A DNA stretch of 64,000 bases from Candidatus Bathyarchaeota archaeon (GTDB lineage: Archaea > Thermoproteota > Bathyarchaeia > Bathyarchaeales > Bathycorpusculaceae): assembly GCA_963806535.1 (NCBI GenBank), contig CAWDYC010000003.1:128001-192000 (forward strand). Direction: 5' to 3'. Made by a program: the position numbers and the translations under genes. How positions within the stretch are numbered: position 1 is the first letter of the stretch; each line of letters starts with the position of its first letter. Shown in pieces: positions 23,167 to 34,556 of the stretch. A model generated the notes under the pieces. The model did no database searches and was not told where the DNA came from. It saw only the letters and a list, made by a program, of their open reading frames with translations.

Positions 23167-24924
23167 TTGGCAAGATACAGATGCACAGTCTGCAATTACG
23201 TCTATGACGAAGCAAAAGAGGGCAAGAAGTTTAGTGATTTGCCTAAGGAATGGGTTTGCCCGGTTTGTGGAGCACCCAAATCAGTTTTCGTCTTGTTAAC
23301 TGAACAAGCTGAAGAGAAAAAAGCAGAACATACAGTTTCAGATATTTTAATAAACCAAATTGCCGAATGGGGAGTCCAATACGTTTTCGGCATTCCAGGC
23401 ACCTCAACTTTAGGCGTTGTAGATGCCATACGTAAAAGCAACGGCAAAGTCAAGTACCTGCAGGTCAGGCATGAAGAAACAGCAGCGTTTATGGCTTCAG
23501 CCTACGGAAAACTTACCGGACATGTTGCCGCTTGCCTTGGAATTTCTGGTCCAGGAACCACCAATTTGGCTACTGGCTTGTACGATGCCAAGTTGGATCA
23601 TTCGCCTGTTTTAGCGTTAACTGGAATGGTGCCTAGGCCGCTAATAGGTGCAGGCTCGTTGCAAGAGGTTGATCAATACGCTTTTTTTGAGCCTTTATCC
23701 GTTTTTAACAGTGTTTTGATGTCTGAAGATCAAACAACGTCGCTTGCTACTTTGGCTATTAAACATGCACTTTTAGATCGAGGAGTAGCTCACATTGGAA
23801 TTCCTAATGACGTGCAGAAGCTTTCTTATGAAGCAAATATTTTGCCTTTTGAAGGCAGAATGCCCAATCTTGCTTATGGGCAAGAAGAATGGTTGATTGA
23901 AAAGGCTGCAAAAGTCATTGACCAAGCCGTTAGACCGGTTATTCTTGCAGGTTTTGGGGCAAGAGGTCAAGGAACGAAACTGTTAAAGTTAGCAACAAAA
24001 CTTTCCGCGCCAATAATTACAACTTTTAGATCAAAAGGAGTAATTGACGAACATGAATCCTTGGATGTCGGTTGCCACGGCGGTGTCGGTTCAACAGCAG
24101 CAAGTGTATTAATGCATAAAGCAGATTTGCTGATAGCTATTGGAAGCTCATTTTCAGATTTATCACTTATTCCACAGAAAAAAACCGTGCAGATCGACAT
24201 TAACCCATTAATGATTGCACGCAGATACCCAGTTGAAGTCGGCTTGCTGGGCAACAGTGCAGTATTGATTCCAAAGCTAACAGAAAAGGTCCAACAAAAA
24301 CAGAACCCAGAATATCTATCTGAGATTGCCAAGTTGAAGCAGGATTGGCTAAACCAACTTGAAAAAGAAGCAGACGACAAAATGAAGCCGATCAGACCAC
24401 CATACATAATCAAGGTTTTGAACGAAAAATTTGCAGATGACGCCGTAATTTCTTTAGACGTAGGCGAAAACTGCTGGTGGTTTGGCCGCAACTTCATGAT
24501 GAAGAAGACCCAGAAAATAGTAATGAGCGGCTCATTAGCCACCATGGGTTTTGGTTTACCAGGCGCTATGGCTGCAGCATTAGCATATCCCAACAAACAA
24601 ATTATCTGTTTAACCGGAGACGGCGGATTAACGATGGTTCTAGGCGATTTCTTAACTGCCTTGAAATATCGATTGCCCGTTAAAGTTTTCGTGATGAACA
24701 ATAAACGGTTGGGGATGATTATGCAAGAGCAAAAAGTTGAGGGTTACGAAGGCTGGCAAACTGACCTCTACGATTACAATTTCGCTGATTTTGCCGAGCA
24801 TTCTGGCGGTTTGGGCATAAAAGTTACTGAGCCAAGCGAGTTCCGGGCGGCAGTCGACACAGCACTGTTTGCCAATAAACCCACAATTGTAGATATCGAT
24901 ACAGACCCAAGGAGATTTTTGTAG
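23167..24924 (+). CDS. TPP-dependent pyruvate oxidase-like enzyme with N-terminal rubredoxin domain
   Basis: CTVCNYVYD...WVCPVCGA; [23 protein letters not shown] and GDGG...NN motifs. Confidence 0.88.
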   Translation: MARYRCTVCNYVYDEAKEGKKFSDLPKEWVCPVCGAPKSVFVLLTEQAEEKKAEHTVSDILINQIAEWGVQYVFGIPGTSTLGVVDAIRKSNGKVKYLQVRHEETAAFMASAYGKLTGHVAACLGISGPGTTNLATGLYDAKLDHSPVLALTGMVPRPLIGAGSLQEVDQYAFFEPLSVFNSVLMSEDQTTSLATLAIKHALLDRGVAHIGIPNDVQKLSYEANILPFEGRMPNLAYGQEEWLIEKAAKVIDQAVRPVILAGFGARGQGTKLLKLATKLSAPIITTFRSKGVIDEHESLDVGCHGGVGSTAASVLMHKADLLIAIGSSFSDLSLIPQKKTVQIDINPLMIARRYPVEVGLLGNSAVLIPKLTEKVQQKQNPEYLSEIAKLKQDWLNQLEKEADDKMKPIRPPYIIKVLNEKFADDAVISLDVGENCWWFGRNFMMKKTQKIVMSGSLATMGFGLPGAMAAALAYPNKQIICLTGDGGLTMVLGDFLTALKYRLPVKVFVMNNKRLGMIMQEQKVEGYEGWQTDLYDYNFADFAEHSGGLGIKVTEPSEFRAAVDTALFANKPTIVDIDTDPRRFL

Positions 24925-25350
24925 GTGAATTTTATGGCTGCAGATCAAAGATTAACGTTTGCGTTTATTGTGTCGCTGGTTGGAGGCTTAATCGTCTTGA
25001 TTGCAAGCTTAGTGAATGTTGTTTGGTTTCTTTCTGGTGCTGCCAACTTTGGAGGTTTTGGCAACTTTATGCGTGGAGCTATGGGTGAGTATCATGGCTT
25101 CATGGGCAGCTATGGCACTTCGAACAGTTTTCTTGCCGGCATCTCAATCGTCGGCTTAGTCTGCGGAGTAATTGTCTTAATCGGCGCCATAATGTTAAGA
25201 GTTGACACACATCAAAGCACACTCTGGGCAATAGTCGTCATAATATTTTCAGTTGTCAGCTTTGCTGGAATGGGCGGCTATTTCATCGGTGCAGTGCTGG
25301 GCATTGTTGGCGGAGCTTTTGTTTTGGCTACCAGACAAACAAATCCTTAG
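24925..25350 (+). CDS. Hypothetical multi-TM membrane protein
   Basis: Gly-rich hydrophobic ORF directly downstream of the TPP enzyme. Confidence 0.7.
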   Translation: MNFMAADQRLTFAFIVSLVGGLIVLIASLVNVVWFLSGAANFGGFGNFMRGAMGEYHGFMGSYGTSNSFLAGISIVGLVCGVIVLIGAIMLRVDTHQSTLWAIVVIIFSVVSFAGMGGYFIGAVLGIVGGAFVLATRQTNP

Positions 25351-25707
25351 TCCAAATCGCGAAATTTATTGATGAAAAATATGTTTCAATGACTAAAACG
25401 GCAAGTAACTTTCTTTTTTTAGATTTTTTTCACGCTACCTCTCGATAGGTGGAAATATATACGTTTTGTCAGTACATTTGTATATACATTGGGTAACTAA
25501 ATCTGCATTCTAAGTAGAACATCAACGGTTGGTGTTAGCACTGGGTGTTGTTCTTCTCTGAAAGAAGTAGGAACGGAAGAAAAAACACCGCATCCTACTT
25601 CTACCTCTTAACTTTAGAAGAAGAAACTAGAAAAAACACTTCTTACTTTCAAAAAACATGCGATGGCGAAGTGCCATGCCTAAAAAGACAGAGGATATAA
25701 TAATAAA

Positions 25708-28332
25708 TTAAGATCCCGAAAACGATTTCCAAAATGCAATGTAATCACTCACAAAAATAATGAAATCACTGCCATCAATTTTGCCGTCGTGATTTAGATC
25801 GCAAGCTATCTCAAGAGTTCCATTTTGGTAATAATGAATGTAAGCGTCAACAAAATGTATAAAGTCGCTGCCATCAACGCTGAAATCATGATTGAAATCT
25901 ATCCTCGGCTCAGATAAAACCAAGACCGAACCATCATAAGTTGACATAGGAATGTTGATATCAGTATAGGGAAATTTGGGATCATAACTATGAAGTTTAG
26001 AATCAGCTTCTAAATTAATGCTAGCGTTACCTGTTCTTACTGCTTGAAAAGTAAGTGTAGCCAACACGCCAGAACCATTCACAACATTAGAGTCTGCCAT
26101 TGCGCAGTTTATTCCGCCTAAAAGGGTGTCCAAAGTATTATTAATTATTCCACTTTCGAACAAAGTGGTACCTGCCTGCCTAAGAAACTGCCCCTCACTA
26201 GTACCTAGTAATTCCAAATTAGAAGACCAGCTAACACCCAAAACATAAGCCCATAAACAAGACACGTTATCAACCCTAATATCCACATCAAATTGACTAC
26301 CGTTGACTACAACCATATTTGTGCTCTTAGTGCCAAACCGAGCAATGCTGACTTTCGGCCCCTGGTTGAGATCAATTACGGTTATTGGGGCTGTAGCTTC
26401 TAAACCAGAAAAAGCCGCTGTTACTCTCCAGTTTCCCGTGTAGGCAGAAGTATATAGGTTACCAGACCAAAAACCGCCTGCACCCCTGCTGATACTCCAA
26501 TTTACCTCCGAAGAAACATCCCAAAAATTTCCCGAAGAATCATGCGCAATAGCAGTGTAAGCTTGGCTCATATTACCAAGTATGATAGAGTAAGGTGTAT
26601 CTATCGATAGTGACGTTGGATTTCCATGCTCAATTATTGTAAACGAAGATGAGCTGTTAGAGCCCAGATATGTTCCTGTTACTGTGAAATTGCCGGGACT
26701 CCCACCACCAGCGTAGAATTTGTTGTAATTCAAAAACCCGTAACTATTCGGATCTACGCTCCAAGTTGTTAGGCTAGTAACATCCCAAGCTTTACCATTT
26801 GAATCGATAACGGTAGCGTTAAACGAGACATTCGAGTAGGGATATACCGTTGTGTTTGAAGTGGCGAAAATCAGAAAGGTAAAACTGGCGTTGGGAGTTA
26901 ACGTTAAAGTGGTACTTGAATCGCTTGGCAAATTGTTTGAGTCTCCACTGTAAGTTGCTGTAATTGTTATTTCGCCGATTTTTTGGTCTGTGTAAGAGAC
27001 TGTTGAATTTCCAGAGGTTAATTCTGTTTGAGTTGAGTTGAAAATTCCTGTGCTGCTGCTTGTGTTCCACGTTATCGTGCCAGTAGCGTTAGAGGGATGT
27101 ATTGTGGCGGTACAGATAACAGAGGAATTGGCACGAGCAAGGTTGGGAGAACAGGTCAAGGATACCCCGAAACCCCCAAAAGCGTATACATTTCCATCAT
27201 AGGAGCCTATGTATACCTTGCCGTTGGCAATGCCAAGTGATGATCCTACTGGACCTCCTGTTTGGTAAGTCCATATTTGGCTTCCAATTGATGCGTTTAA
27301 GGCATATAAGTTATCCCTTGAACCTGTGAAGAGCACTCCACCAGCAATAGCAGGGGATGAACCGTCACTATAGATTTGGCTACTCCACACTTTACTGCCC
27401 GTTGAAGCGTTTAAAGCATACAGGTATCCATCAGTCGAACTTACATAAACTATACCTTCGGCAACAGCAGGCGATGACATTATTTGACCATTTGTTTGGA
27501 AACTCCATATTAAGCTACCAGTCAAGGCATCCAAAGCAAATATGTTTCCATTTACTGAGTTGATTTCTTGAACATATCCTGAGCCAACATAAACAATCCC
27601 ATTAGCAACAGCAGGAGATGTTGTTATAGGCAGTTCTGATCTGAAATTCCAGAGTACGTCGCCGTTAGTTGCGTTAAAAGCATAAGAATTACCATGACCG
27701 TCGCCACTGATTGAGCCTATGTAGATTATCCCATTAACCACAGCAGAAGACGCTGAATATTCTATTGTATAATCTACTGTACTATTCCATATTTGACTTC
27801 CTGAAGAAGCATTTAAAGCAAATAAAGTGTTTAGCGAACTTAAATAGAGTACACCATTGGCAATAGCAGGTGAGGAGTAGACACCGTTGGGGGTTCCTAT
27901 TTGGTAACTCCATAACTTGTTACTATTGGAAGCATTCAAAGCATATATGTAACCATCTGCTGAGCCCACGTAAACTACGTCACCCAAGATAGCAGGAGAT
28001 GAGACCACCGGTCCACCTGTTTTGTATGTCCAAAGGGTTTTGTTTGTTAACGGAGCTGTGGAAGAAGAGTAGCCTGAGTGGCTTAAGTCTCCACGGAACA
28101 TTGGCCATGATTTTGAGTCGCCGTTCCAATCGCTGCTCTGGTTATCTGCATTGGCGATTTTCAACGTCCCAATTATTGTTGAGGTCAACATGCTTGTTAA
28201 CATAATCAATAAAAGTAACATGCATGCGGTTTTCTTATACAACTTTTCTTCTCCAATAATAGGTGAATGTGGAGCATAGAAGTATATGGTTCCATTCACT
28301 ATAGAAAATGAGAAAAAAATAGTTTTTATCAC
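25708..28332 (-). CDS. Secreted PQQ-like beta-propeller protein with Ig-like, cohesin-like and dockerin-like domains
   Basis: WPMFRGD; repeated SSPA...VYVGS.DG..YALNA; F.VDIRVDNV...GSGVLATLTF; duplicated DFNHDFSVDGSDF / DLNHDGKIDGSDF. True start is probably downstream of 28332. Confidence 0.85.
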   Translation of the reverse strand: MIKTIFFSFSIVNGTIYFYAPHSPIIGEEKLYKKTACMLLLLIMLTSMLTSTIIGTLKIANADNQSSDWNGDSKSWPMFRGDLSHSGYSSSTAPLTNKTLWTYKTGGPVVSSPAILGDVVYVGSADGYIYALNASNSNKLWSYQIGTPNGVYSSPAIANGVLYLSSLNTLFALNASSGSQIWNSTVDYTIEYSASSAVVNGIIYIGSISGDGHGNSYAFNATNGDVLWNFRSELPITTSPAVANGIVYVGSGYVQEINSVNGNIFALDALTGSLIWSFQTNGQIMSSPAVAEGIVYVSSTDGYLYALNASTGSKVWSSQIYSDGSSPAIAGGVLFTGSRDNLYALNASIGSQIWTYQTGGPVGSSLGIANGKVYIGSYDGNVYAFGGFGVSLTCSPNLARANSSVICTATIHPSNATGTITWNTSSSTGIFNSTQTELTSGNSTVSYTDQKIGEITITATYSGDSNNLPSDSSTTLTLTPNASFTFLIFATSNTTVYPYSNVSFNATVIDSNGKAWDVTSLTTWSVDPNSYGFLNYNKFYAGGGSPGNFTVTGTYLGSNSSSSFTIIEHGNPTSLSIDTPYSIILGNMSQAYTAIAHDSSGNFWDVSSEVNWSISRGAGGFWSGNLYTSAYTGNWRVTAAFSGLEATAPITVIDLNQGPKVSIARFGTKSTNMVVVNGSQFDVDIRVDNVSCLWAYVLGVSWSSNLELLGTSEGQFLRQAGTTLFESGIINNTLDTLLGGINCAMADSNVVNGSGVLATLTFQAVRTGNASINLEADSKLHSYDPKFPYTDINIPMSTYDGSVLVLSEPRIDFNHDFSVDGSDFIHFVDAYIHYYQNGTLEIACDLNHDGKIDGSDFIIFVSDYIAFWKSFSGS

Positions 28333-28406
28333 TTCTATTTAGAGCTCCCCAACAAAAGAATCTGCTTACCGCTACCGCATAATTCCGAAAAGTTAAAGGA
28401 AAACTT

Positions 28407-28509
28407 TGGTAGCGGGGAGTAGATTTGAACTACTGATCTCTGGGTATCTCACAGCACAACTGTCGCCGTTATGAGCCCAGCGGGTTAATCCTGGCTACCC
28501 CACCCCGCT
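28407..28509 (-). tRNA. Initiator tRNA-Met(CAT) with 24-nt intron at 37/38 (28446-28469)
   Basis: A1-U72 pair, GGG/CCC anticodon stem, CAT anticodon, bulge-helix-bulge CTCA-TAA / TGAG-ATA, CCA encoded. Confidence 0.95.
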
Positions 28510-28639
28510 ATATTTATTTTATAAAGGATGATTTAGCATCCTATTAGGTTATTCGTCAAATATTAATAGTTTCTTTTTCGTTTTCAGCAAAAGGATTTTA
28601 GAGGCGACATACACATTCTTTGCCGAAGGATGTTTACTG

Positions 28640-29308
28640 ATGGATAAGCCGTATTTGCGTAAGCTTTCAGAGCCGACTCTTGAGAACCCAATTTTTGTTC
28701 AGGGACTTCCAGGTTTTGGAAATGTCGGCAGAATTGCGGCACATCTGCTTATAAAATTCTTTGACGCAAAACCTTTTGCAGAGCTGTATTCTCCTTCGTT
28801 TCCAGATTACGTGGGAATAAGCAGCAAGGGCATCTGTCATTTGCCTAAATACGAGTTTTATTATGCTCCCATGGAGAAAAACAATTTAGTTATAATGACA
28901 GGTGAAATTCAACCTTCATTTGACGATGTGGTTGCTCACTACGTTGTTTGTGAAGAAGTGATTGATTTTGCTGCTTCGTTAGGTTGCCACTTTATTGTAA
29001 CTATGGGCGGCATACCGATAACTGAGGATAAGGCTCAGGTTTACGTTGCAGCTACTTCACCGAGGTTAGCGACTGAATTTATGGAAAAAGGCGCGGTTAT
29101 TTACAGCAAAGGCAGAATCGTTGGGGGAACAGGGCTTACTTTGGCGATGGCGAAAGAAAGAAAACTGGAAGGAGTAGCCTTACTGGGAACCACCACGGGT
29201 TTTAAAGCTGACCGAGAAGCTGGATTTTTGGTTTTTAAGTTTTTGATGAAGTCTTTGGGAAAAGAGATAAAAGAAGGTTTAGGAGAAAGCATTGCATCAG
29301 AAGAGTAA
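28640..29308 (+). CDS. PAC2 proteasome assembly chaperone family protein
   Basis: GLPGFGNVGRIAA, YSPSFP, GEIQP and IVGGTG motifs. Confidence 0.88.
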   Translation: MDKPYLRKLSEPTLENPIFVQGLPGFGNVGRIAAHLLIKFFDAKPFAELYSPSFPDYVGISSKGICHLPKYEFYYAPMEKNNLVIMTGEIQPSFDDVVAHYVVCEEVIDFAASLGCHFIVTMGGIPITEDKAQVYVAATSPRLATEFMEKGAVIYSKGRIVGGTGLTLAMAKERKLEGVALLGTTTGFKADREAGFLVFKFLMKSLGKEIKEGLGESIASEE

Positions 29309-29326
29309 GTTAAGGCGGGGTTACAG

Positions 29327-29560
29327 TTGACTGAAACAGAAGAAAACATGAATGTTGAAGTTACATATTCAAAATTCACAAGGGTTGCATTTGTAGTTAT
29401 ATCAATGCTTTTAATTTTTGTAGGTCCAACCTATGTTCCATACGCAATGGAAAAAGTCAACGTAAACGGATATGTTATCAGCAGGAGTCGGCGCCTTACT
29501 GTTCATTGTAGGCTTAGTGTTCATGCTGTTTCTGGTTAAGAAGAAGGTTATACAAGCTTA
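29327..29560 (+). CDS. Small membrane protein, frameshifted
   Basis: Hydrophobic helix with LIFVGPTYVP; second helix in another frame. Confidence 0.55.
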
Positions 29561-29743
29561 ATTTTGCCTCAGATACCCCAGGGTGCATCATCAATCAGCA
29601 TTTTAGATTCTTCATCGGCAACGCTCTATAAACAATGCCTGTTTTATTAACTATTCTTAACAGCTTTTGACAGAAAACCCTGAGTTCAAATATACTTCCA
29701 AAATACATAAGGCATATTAAATATTAACTCAGCAATAGCGTAT

Positions 29744-30331
29744 ATGCAGAATAGAAGCCGAGTAGCTCCTGATTTGCCTACGCAGAAAAATGAAGAAGCA
29801 AAAAGAACAACAATAATTCTTGAAAAGAAAGAACGAGAATTCATTGAATCACTCATCAGAGAAGGCAAAGAACCAGGAATTAAACCGCTTATTTCCAAAA
29901 TGCTCGAAATGTACAAAAGCATGATGGTTTACGACTGGAATTTTCCAGGCGAATATTACTGCGGAATAAGCCGCATAGCACTTGTGAACGTAGAATTATT
30001 TAACATATTAACTCAGCAGATTCCAAAAGAAAAATGGCATGTGATTGGTGAAAATATGGGTAATGCCCTAAAAGTTTCTATCCAATCAACATCTGGAATT
30101 GAAGCAAACGAACAGGCAAATTGGGAAAAAGTTTTCGAACGCTTAAAAGTGCAGGGATTCGGAGATTTCTATTTGAAAGACAAGTTTTTACTTCTGAAAA
30201 ATCCGTTCATTAATGACTGCGAAATCTGGAAAGGTATATTGGAAGGATTACTAAGCGTTGAGTTGGAAACCAAAAATTCGGTGCCACCGTTGGTTTTTGA
30301 AGTTAAAGAGCCTAAACAGCCTTCAGTTTAG
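29744..30331 (+). CDS. Conserved hypothetical protein, possible regulator (RHH-like N-terminus, V4R-like C-terminus)
   Basis: KRTTIILEKKEREFIESL strand-helix start; QGFGDF and KGILEGLL segments. Confidence 0.55.
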   Translation: MQNRSRVAPDLPTQKNEEAKRTTIILEKKEREFIESLIREGKEPGIKPLISKMLEMYKSMMVYDWNFPGEYYCGISRIALVNVELFNILTQQIPKEKWHVIGENMGNALKVSIQSTSGIEANEQANWEKVFERLKVQGFGDFYLKDKFLLLKNPFINDCEIWKGILEGLLSVELETKNSVPPLVFEVKEPKQPSV

Positions 30332-30580
30332 CGTCTTTTTGGCATTCGACAGTTAAATATTAGAGAACAGATTTATTAGGAAGACAGGTATTTAGGTGCT
30401 TCCAGTGGTATATGATGAGGGATTGCGTTCATACAAGGCGATTGCGTTCATTAGAAGCAATCCAAAATGCCTAAGTCAAAAATCAATTAGTTATTTGAAA
30501 TTAGGCGCAAACCTCCGAAGTACCGTTTTATCAAAACAAAAAACCCTTAGTGGTTTCTCTGAAAATTTAGGTGAAAAATT

Positions 30581-31580
30581 ATGGATAAAATAAAATTTGC
30601 AATCCCAAAAGGCTCCCTAGCAAAAGCCACAGCTGAATTCTTCTCTAAATCAGGCTTCAAAATTGGCGGAACAGAACGAACATACCGCCCAAGCATAAAC
30701 GACCCCCAAATCGAAATGAAGGTTCTAAGACCCCAAGAAATCCCAGTGTTTGTCAGTGAAGGCTTACAGGACATTGGCATTACAGGAGAAGATTGGGTTA
30801 AAGAAAACCGTGCAGACGTAGAAATCCTACAGAACCTAGAATATGGAAAAATCAAACTTGTCATAGCAGTACCAAAATCCTGTGAAAACATGACAATGGG
30901 CGAGTTTATGGAGTCAATTTGGAGCTCAGGGCAAAAACTTCCGCATCAGCACCGAATACCTCAACATAGCCTCCGAATACCTCAAAAACACACCCCAATA
31001 CAAGAAACGTTTCGGCGACGCCGACCCAATGCTTGTAACACCATGGTGGAGAAAAGGCGACAACCCAAGAGCAAAAATTTTCCTTTCCTTCGGAGCAACC
31101 GAGGCAAAGCCACCAGAAGACTCGGACGCATAATGGACGTAACAGAAACAGGCACAACAATTGAAGCTAACAACCTAAGAATCATAGAAACCGTCATGAA
31201 ATCTTCCGCTGTTCTGATCGCAAACAAGAAAGCTTTAGAAGATCCAGAGAAACGAGAAAAAATCTACGACATAGTAGCCCTACTCAAAGGTGTCGTTGAT
31301 GGTTCTAAGAGAATCCACATATTTGTCAACGTCAAAAAAGCAAATCTTCAGAAACTACTAACTGAATTGCCCGCCTTGAAAAACCCAACCATATCGCCAC
31401 TAGCGGATGACACATGGGTAAGCGTAAACACTGTTATCGAAAAAGACTGCCTAATTGAGCTTCTACCAAAAATCCGAAAAATCGCCCAAGGCTTAGTCGT
31501 TTATGAGCCAAGGCAGGTGCTAGCTTTAGATGAGATTGCTAAAAGAGTGGAGAACCCGTGCAAGAAGCAAAGCCAAGTGA
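30581..31580 (+). CDS. hisG: ATP phosphoribosyltransferase, long form (internal compensating frameshifts)
   Basis: AIPKGSL, RPQEIP, DIGITGED, DVTETGTT and LPALKNPTIS motifs. Confidence 0.93.
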
Positions 31581-32860
31581 AAGTCTGGAAATCAGAAGCG
31601 CTGCCGCCAGACTGGTTTAAACGGCAGAAAGCAGACGAAAAGGCAGTTCAAGAAGTTGAAAACAGCGTTAAAGCCATCATAAAACAAGTTAGAGAAAACG
31701 GCGATGGTGCACTTGTTGAGTTTGCCCTAAAATTTGACAAAGCAGAACTAACTCTGCGAACCCTCAAAGTCAGGAAAGAAGAAATCAAGGAAGCCTACAC
31801 CAAAACCAGCCTAGAACAAGTCTCAGCCCTAAAATTCATGAAAGAACGAGTCAACACCTTCCAAAAGCAACAGCTAACCCAAACCGAAATCGATACTTCA
31901 GGCGATGGCATATACGTTCAGACTGTTCTGCGTCCAATCGAAAGCGTTGGCTGCTACGTTCCCGGAGGACAAGCCGCTTACCCAAGCACATTAATCATGA
32001 CTGCAATTCCAGCCAAAGTCGCAGGCGTCCCAAGAATTGTAGTTTGTTCACCATCAGACCAAAAAGGCAAAGTTAACCCACTTGTTCTAGTCGCCGCTGA
32101 CATATGCGGAGTCGATGAAATTTACAAGGTTGGTGGAGCACAAGCCATAGCCGCTTTAGCTTACGGAACCAAAAGTATAAAACCTGTACGAAAAATTGTT
32201 GGTCCAGGCAGCAAATATGTAACGATGGCGAAGGTTTTGGTTTCGACTGATGTTGCGATTGATATGCCGGCTGGCCCAAGTGAAGTGTTGGTTTTGGCTG
32301 ATGAGTTGGCTGATGCACGACTTATCGCTTTTGACATGGTTTCGCAGGCTGAACACGGGGGAGACAGCGTGGCTGGACTCATAACAACTTCAGACAAGCT
32401 TGCTTTGAAAGTTCAACTGAGCCTTACAACAGTTGTCGCTTTAGCAGAGAGAGGCGAAAAAGTCTGTGAGGCACTATCAAAATACGGCTTCATAATAGTC
32501 TGCAAAACCATGGAGGAAGCTGTCAGTTTGGTGAATCAGTTTGCTCCCGAACACTTAGAAGTCATGACTGCAAAGCCCAAAGAGATTGCTGAGAAATTAA
32601 CGGCTGGATTAATACTGTTAGGTCCATACAGCCCCGTTGCATTAAGCGATTATGGAAGCGGAACAAATCATGTATTGCCCACAGGCGGCTTTGCACAATC
32701 ATTCTCAGGACTTTCCGCAATGGATTTTACGCGGCGAGTAAGCATCGTTGAAAGCTCAAGAACAGGTCTTGAGCGAGCAAAAGACAGCATCAAAGTTATG
32801 GCGGAAGCCGAAAATCTTCCAAATCACTACAAAGCTATACAGGCAAGGTTTGAAAAATGA
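31577..32860 (+). CDS. hisD: Histidinol dehydrogenase
   Basis: YVPGG, GGAQAIAALAYG, DMPAGPSE, SQAEH, APEHL and GTNHVLPT motifs. Confidence 0.95.
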   Translation: MKVWKSEALPPDWFKRQKADEKAVQEVENSVKAIIKQVRENGDGALVEFALKFDKAELTLRTLKVRKEEIKEAYTKTSLEQVSALKFMKERVNTFQKQQLTQTEIDTSGDGIYVQTVLRPIESVGCYVPGGQAAYPSTLIMTAIPAKVAGVPRIVVCSPSDQKGKVNPLVLVAADICGVDEIYKVGGAQAIAALAYGTKSIKPVRKIVGPGSKYVTMAKVLVSTDVAIDMPAGPSEVLVLADELADARLIAFDMVSQAEHGGDSVAGLITTSDKLALKVQLSLTTVVALAERGEKVCEALSKYGFIIVCKTMEEAVSLVNQFAPEHLEVMTAKPKEIAEKLTAGLILLGPYSPVALSDYGSGTNHVLPTGGFAQSFSGLSAMDFTRRVSIVESSRTGLERAKDSIKVMAEAENLPNHYKAIQARFEK

Positions 32861-33976
32861 GTGCAACCTACAAAAAATGGTTAAACGATAAACTTGTGAA
32901 GCTTCAAGCAATAGCTTGCTATACGGCGGGAGCTTCACCTGAAACGGTAGCGAAGCAACTAGGCATCACTACGAAGCAAGTAGTCAAACTAAATTTCAAC
33001 GAGAACCTTTTCTTGCCAAGAGTTAAGCAGGCTAAACTAATTAAGGAGTTGGCTGAAGAGATTGATTTGCGACTGTACCCTGAAGATGAAGACGCCAAGC
33101 TACGAGAGAAGCTTAGCACTTACATTGGAGCGCCAAAGGACAACATTGTTATTGGAAACGGCAGCGACGAGCTAATTGACCGAATCGTAAGGCTATTCTG
33201 TAGAAAAAGGCGAAGCTGCCCTTTCATTTTCTCCAACTTTTGCTATACCTCCACTCTGCGTTAAAAGGCAAGAGGGCGAATACGTTACTGTACCTCTTCT
33301 AAACAACCTACAACTTGACGTAAAAGGGCTGCTCTCAAAGTTTTCAGATAAGACAAGGCTACTATACATTTGCTCCCCAAACAACCCCACTTCAACACAA
33401 TATAAAATGGAAGATGTTGAAACTTTAGCCAAAGCCTTCCCAGGAATAGTCATATTAGACGAAGCCTACGGCGAATTTGCAGAATACTCATTTGTGCCAC
33501 GAATCAGTAAGTTCCAAAACATGATTATTCTGAGAACGTTCTCGAAAGCATTCGGTTTAGCAGCTCTTAGACTAGGTTATGCGGTTGCGAACCCTGAGTT
33601 AGCAAGAATTCTGACGGAAAAGGCGCCTTTGCCCTATCCAGTAAGCGCTTTCACCTTAAGAATGGGTTCCAAAATGCTGGACAACGTTAGCTTGATGATG
33701 GAGTCTGTTAAGCAAGTGAAAGGTGAACGGGGAAAATTGATAAAGGCACTAAACGAAATAGATGGCGTACAAGCGTTTGATTCACAAGCCAACTTCCTGC
33801 TGATTAACACTGAAAAACCCGCTGACGAAGTTAACGAGAAACTGCTCAAACGGGGTATCATGCTCAAGAAATGGGGCAAAATCCTGCAGTACAATAATTG
33901 TTTCCGAGTAACAGTAGGCTTGCCAGAAATGAACAAAAAACTAATTGAAGCATTAAAACAAATTCAAGAGGAATAA
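32857..33976 (+). CDS. hisC: Histidinol-phosphate aminotransferase, frameshifted
   Basis: KLNFNEN, GNGSDE, DEAY and RTFSKAFGLAALRLG motifs. Confidence 0.93.
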
Positions 33977-33977
33977 A

Positions 33978-34554
33978 ATGAGGACAGAAGAAGTTTATCG
34001 CAAAACCAAAGAAACCGAAGTTAAAGTAAAAGTGAACTTAGACGGGGAAGGAAAAGCCAACATAAACTCAGGCGTGCCCTTCCTTGACCACATGCTCACG
34101 TCCTTAGCCACACACAGCCTAATCGACATAACTGCCTCAGTCAAAGGCGACTTGGTACACCACTCAGTCGAAGATTTAGCAATCGGGCTTAGGTGAAGCA
34201 TTAAGCAAAGCCTTAGGCACAAGAGAAGGCATCACGCGATTTGGCAACGCAGCCGCACCTATGGATTGCTCCTTAGCATTTGCAGCCGTCGACTTGGTAA
34301 AACGACCTTACTTCAAAATTGACCTCAAACTCAAAGGCAAGAAAGTAGAGAACATGCCAACCGAAGACATCAACCACTTCTTCGAATCCCTCGCCACCTC
34401 ACTGCAGGCAAACGTCCATATTTTCGTTGAATATGGAAACAACGATCACCACAAAGCAGAAGCCGCCACCAAAGCCCTCGCCCTCTCATTAAGACAAGCA
34501 ATAGCCCTTGACCCCAGACGAAAAGGTGTACCCAGCTCCAAAGGAGTCATCTAA
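33978..34554 (+). CDS. hisB: Imidazoleglycerol-phosphate dehydratase, frameshifted
   Basis: RKTKET, FLDHML, HHSVED, NDHHKAEA and PSSKG motifs. Confidence 0.94.
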
Positions 34555-34556
34555 AC

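Noticed and set aside
23967-24701. Long antisense ORFs (also 35940-36371, 53475-53879 and others)
   Set aside because: They are shadows of well-supported genes on the opposite strand and have no motifs of their own.
30581-32860. HisG-HisD fusion (759-aa ORF)
   Set aside because: The junction contains an overlapping GTGA start/stop at 31577-31580 and the ORF already has compensating frameshifts; probably an artefact, though only reads can exclude it.
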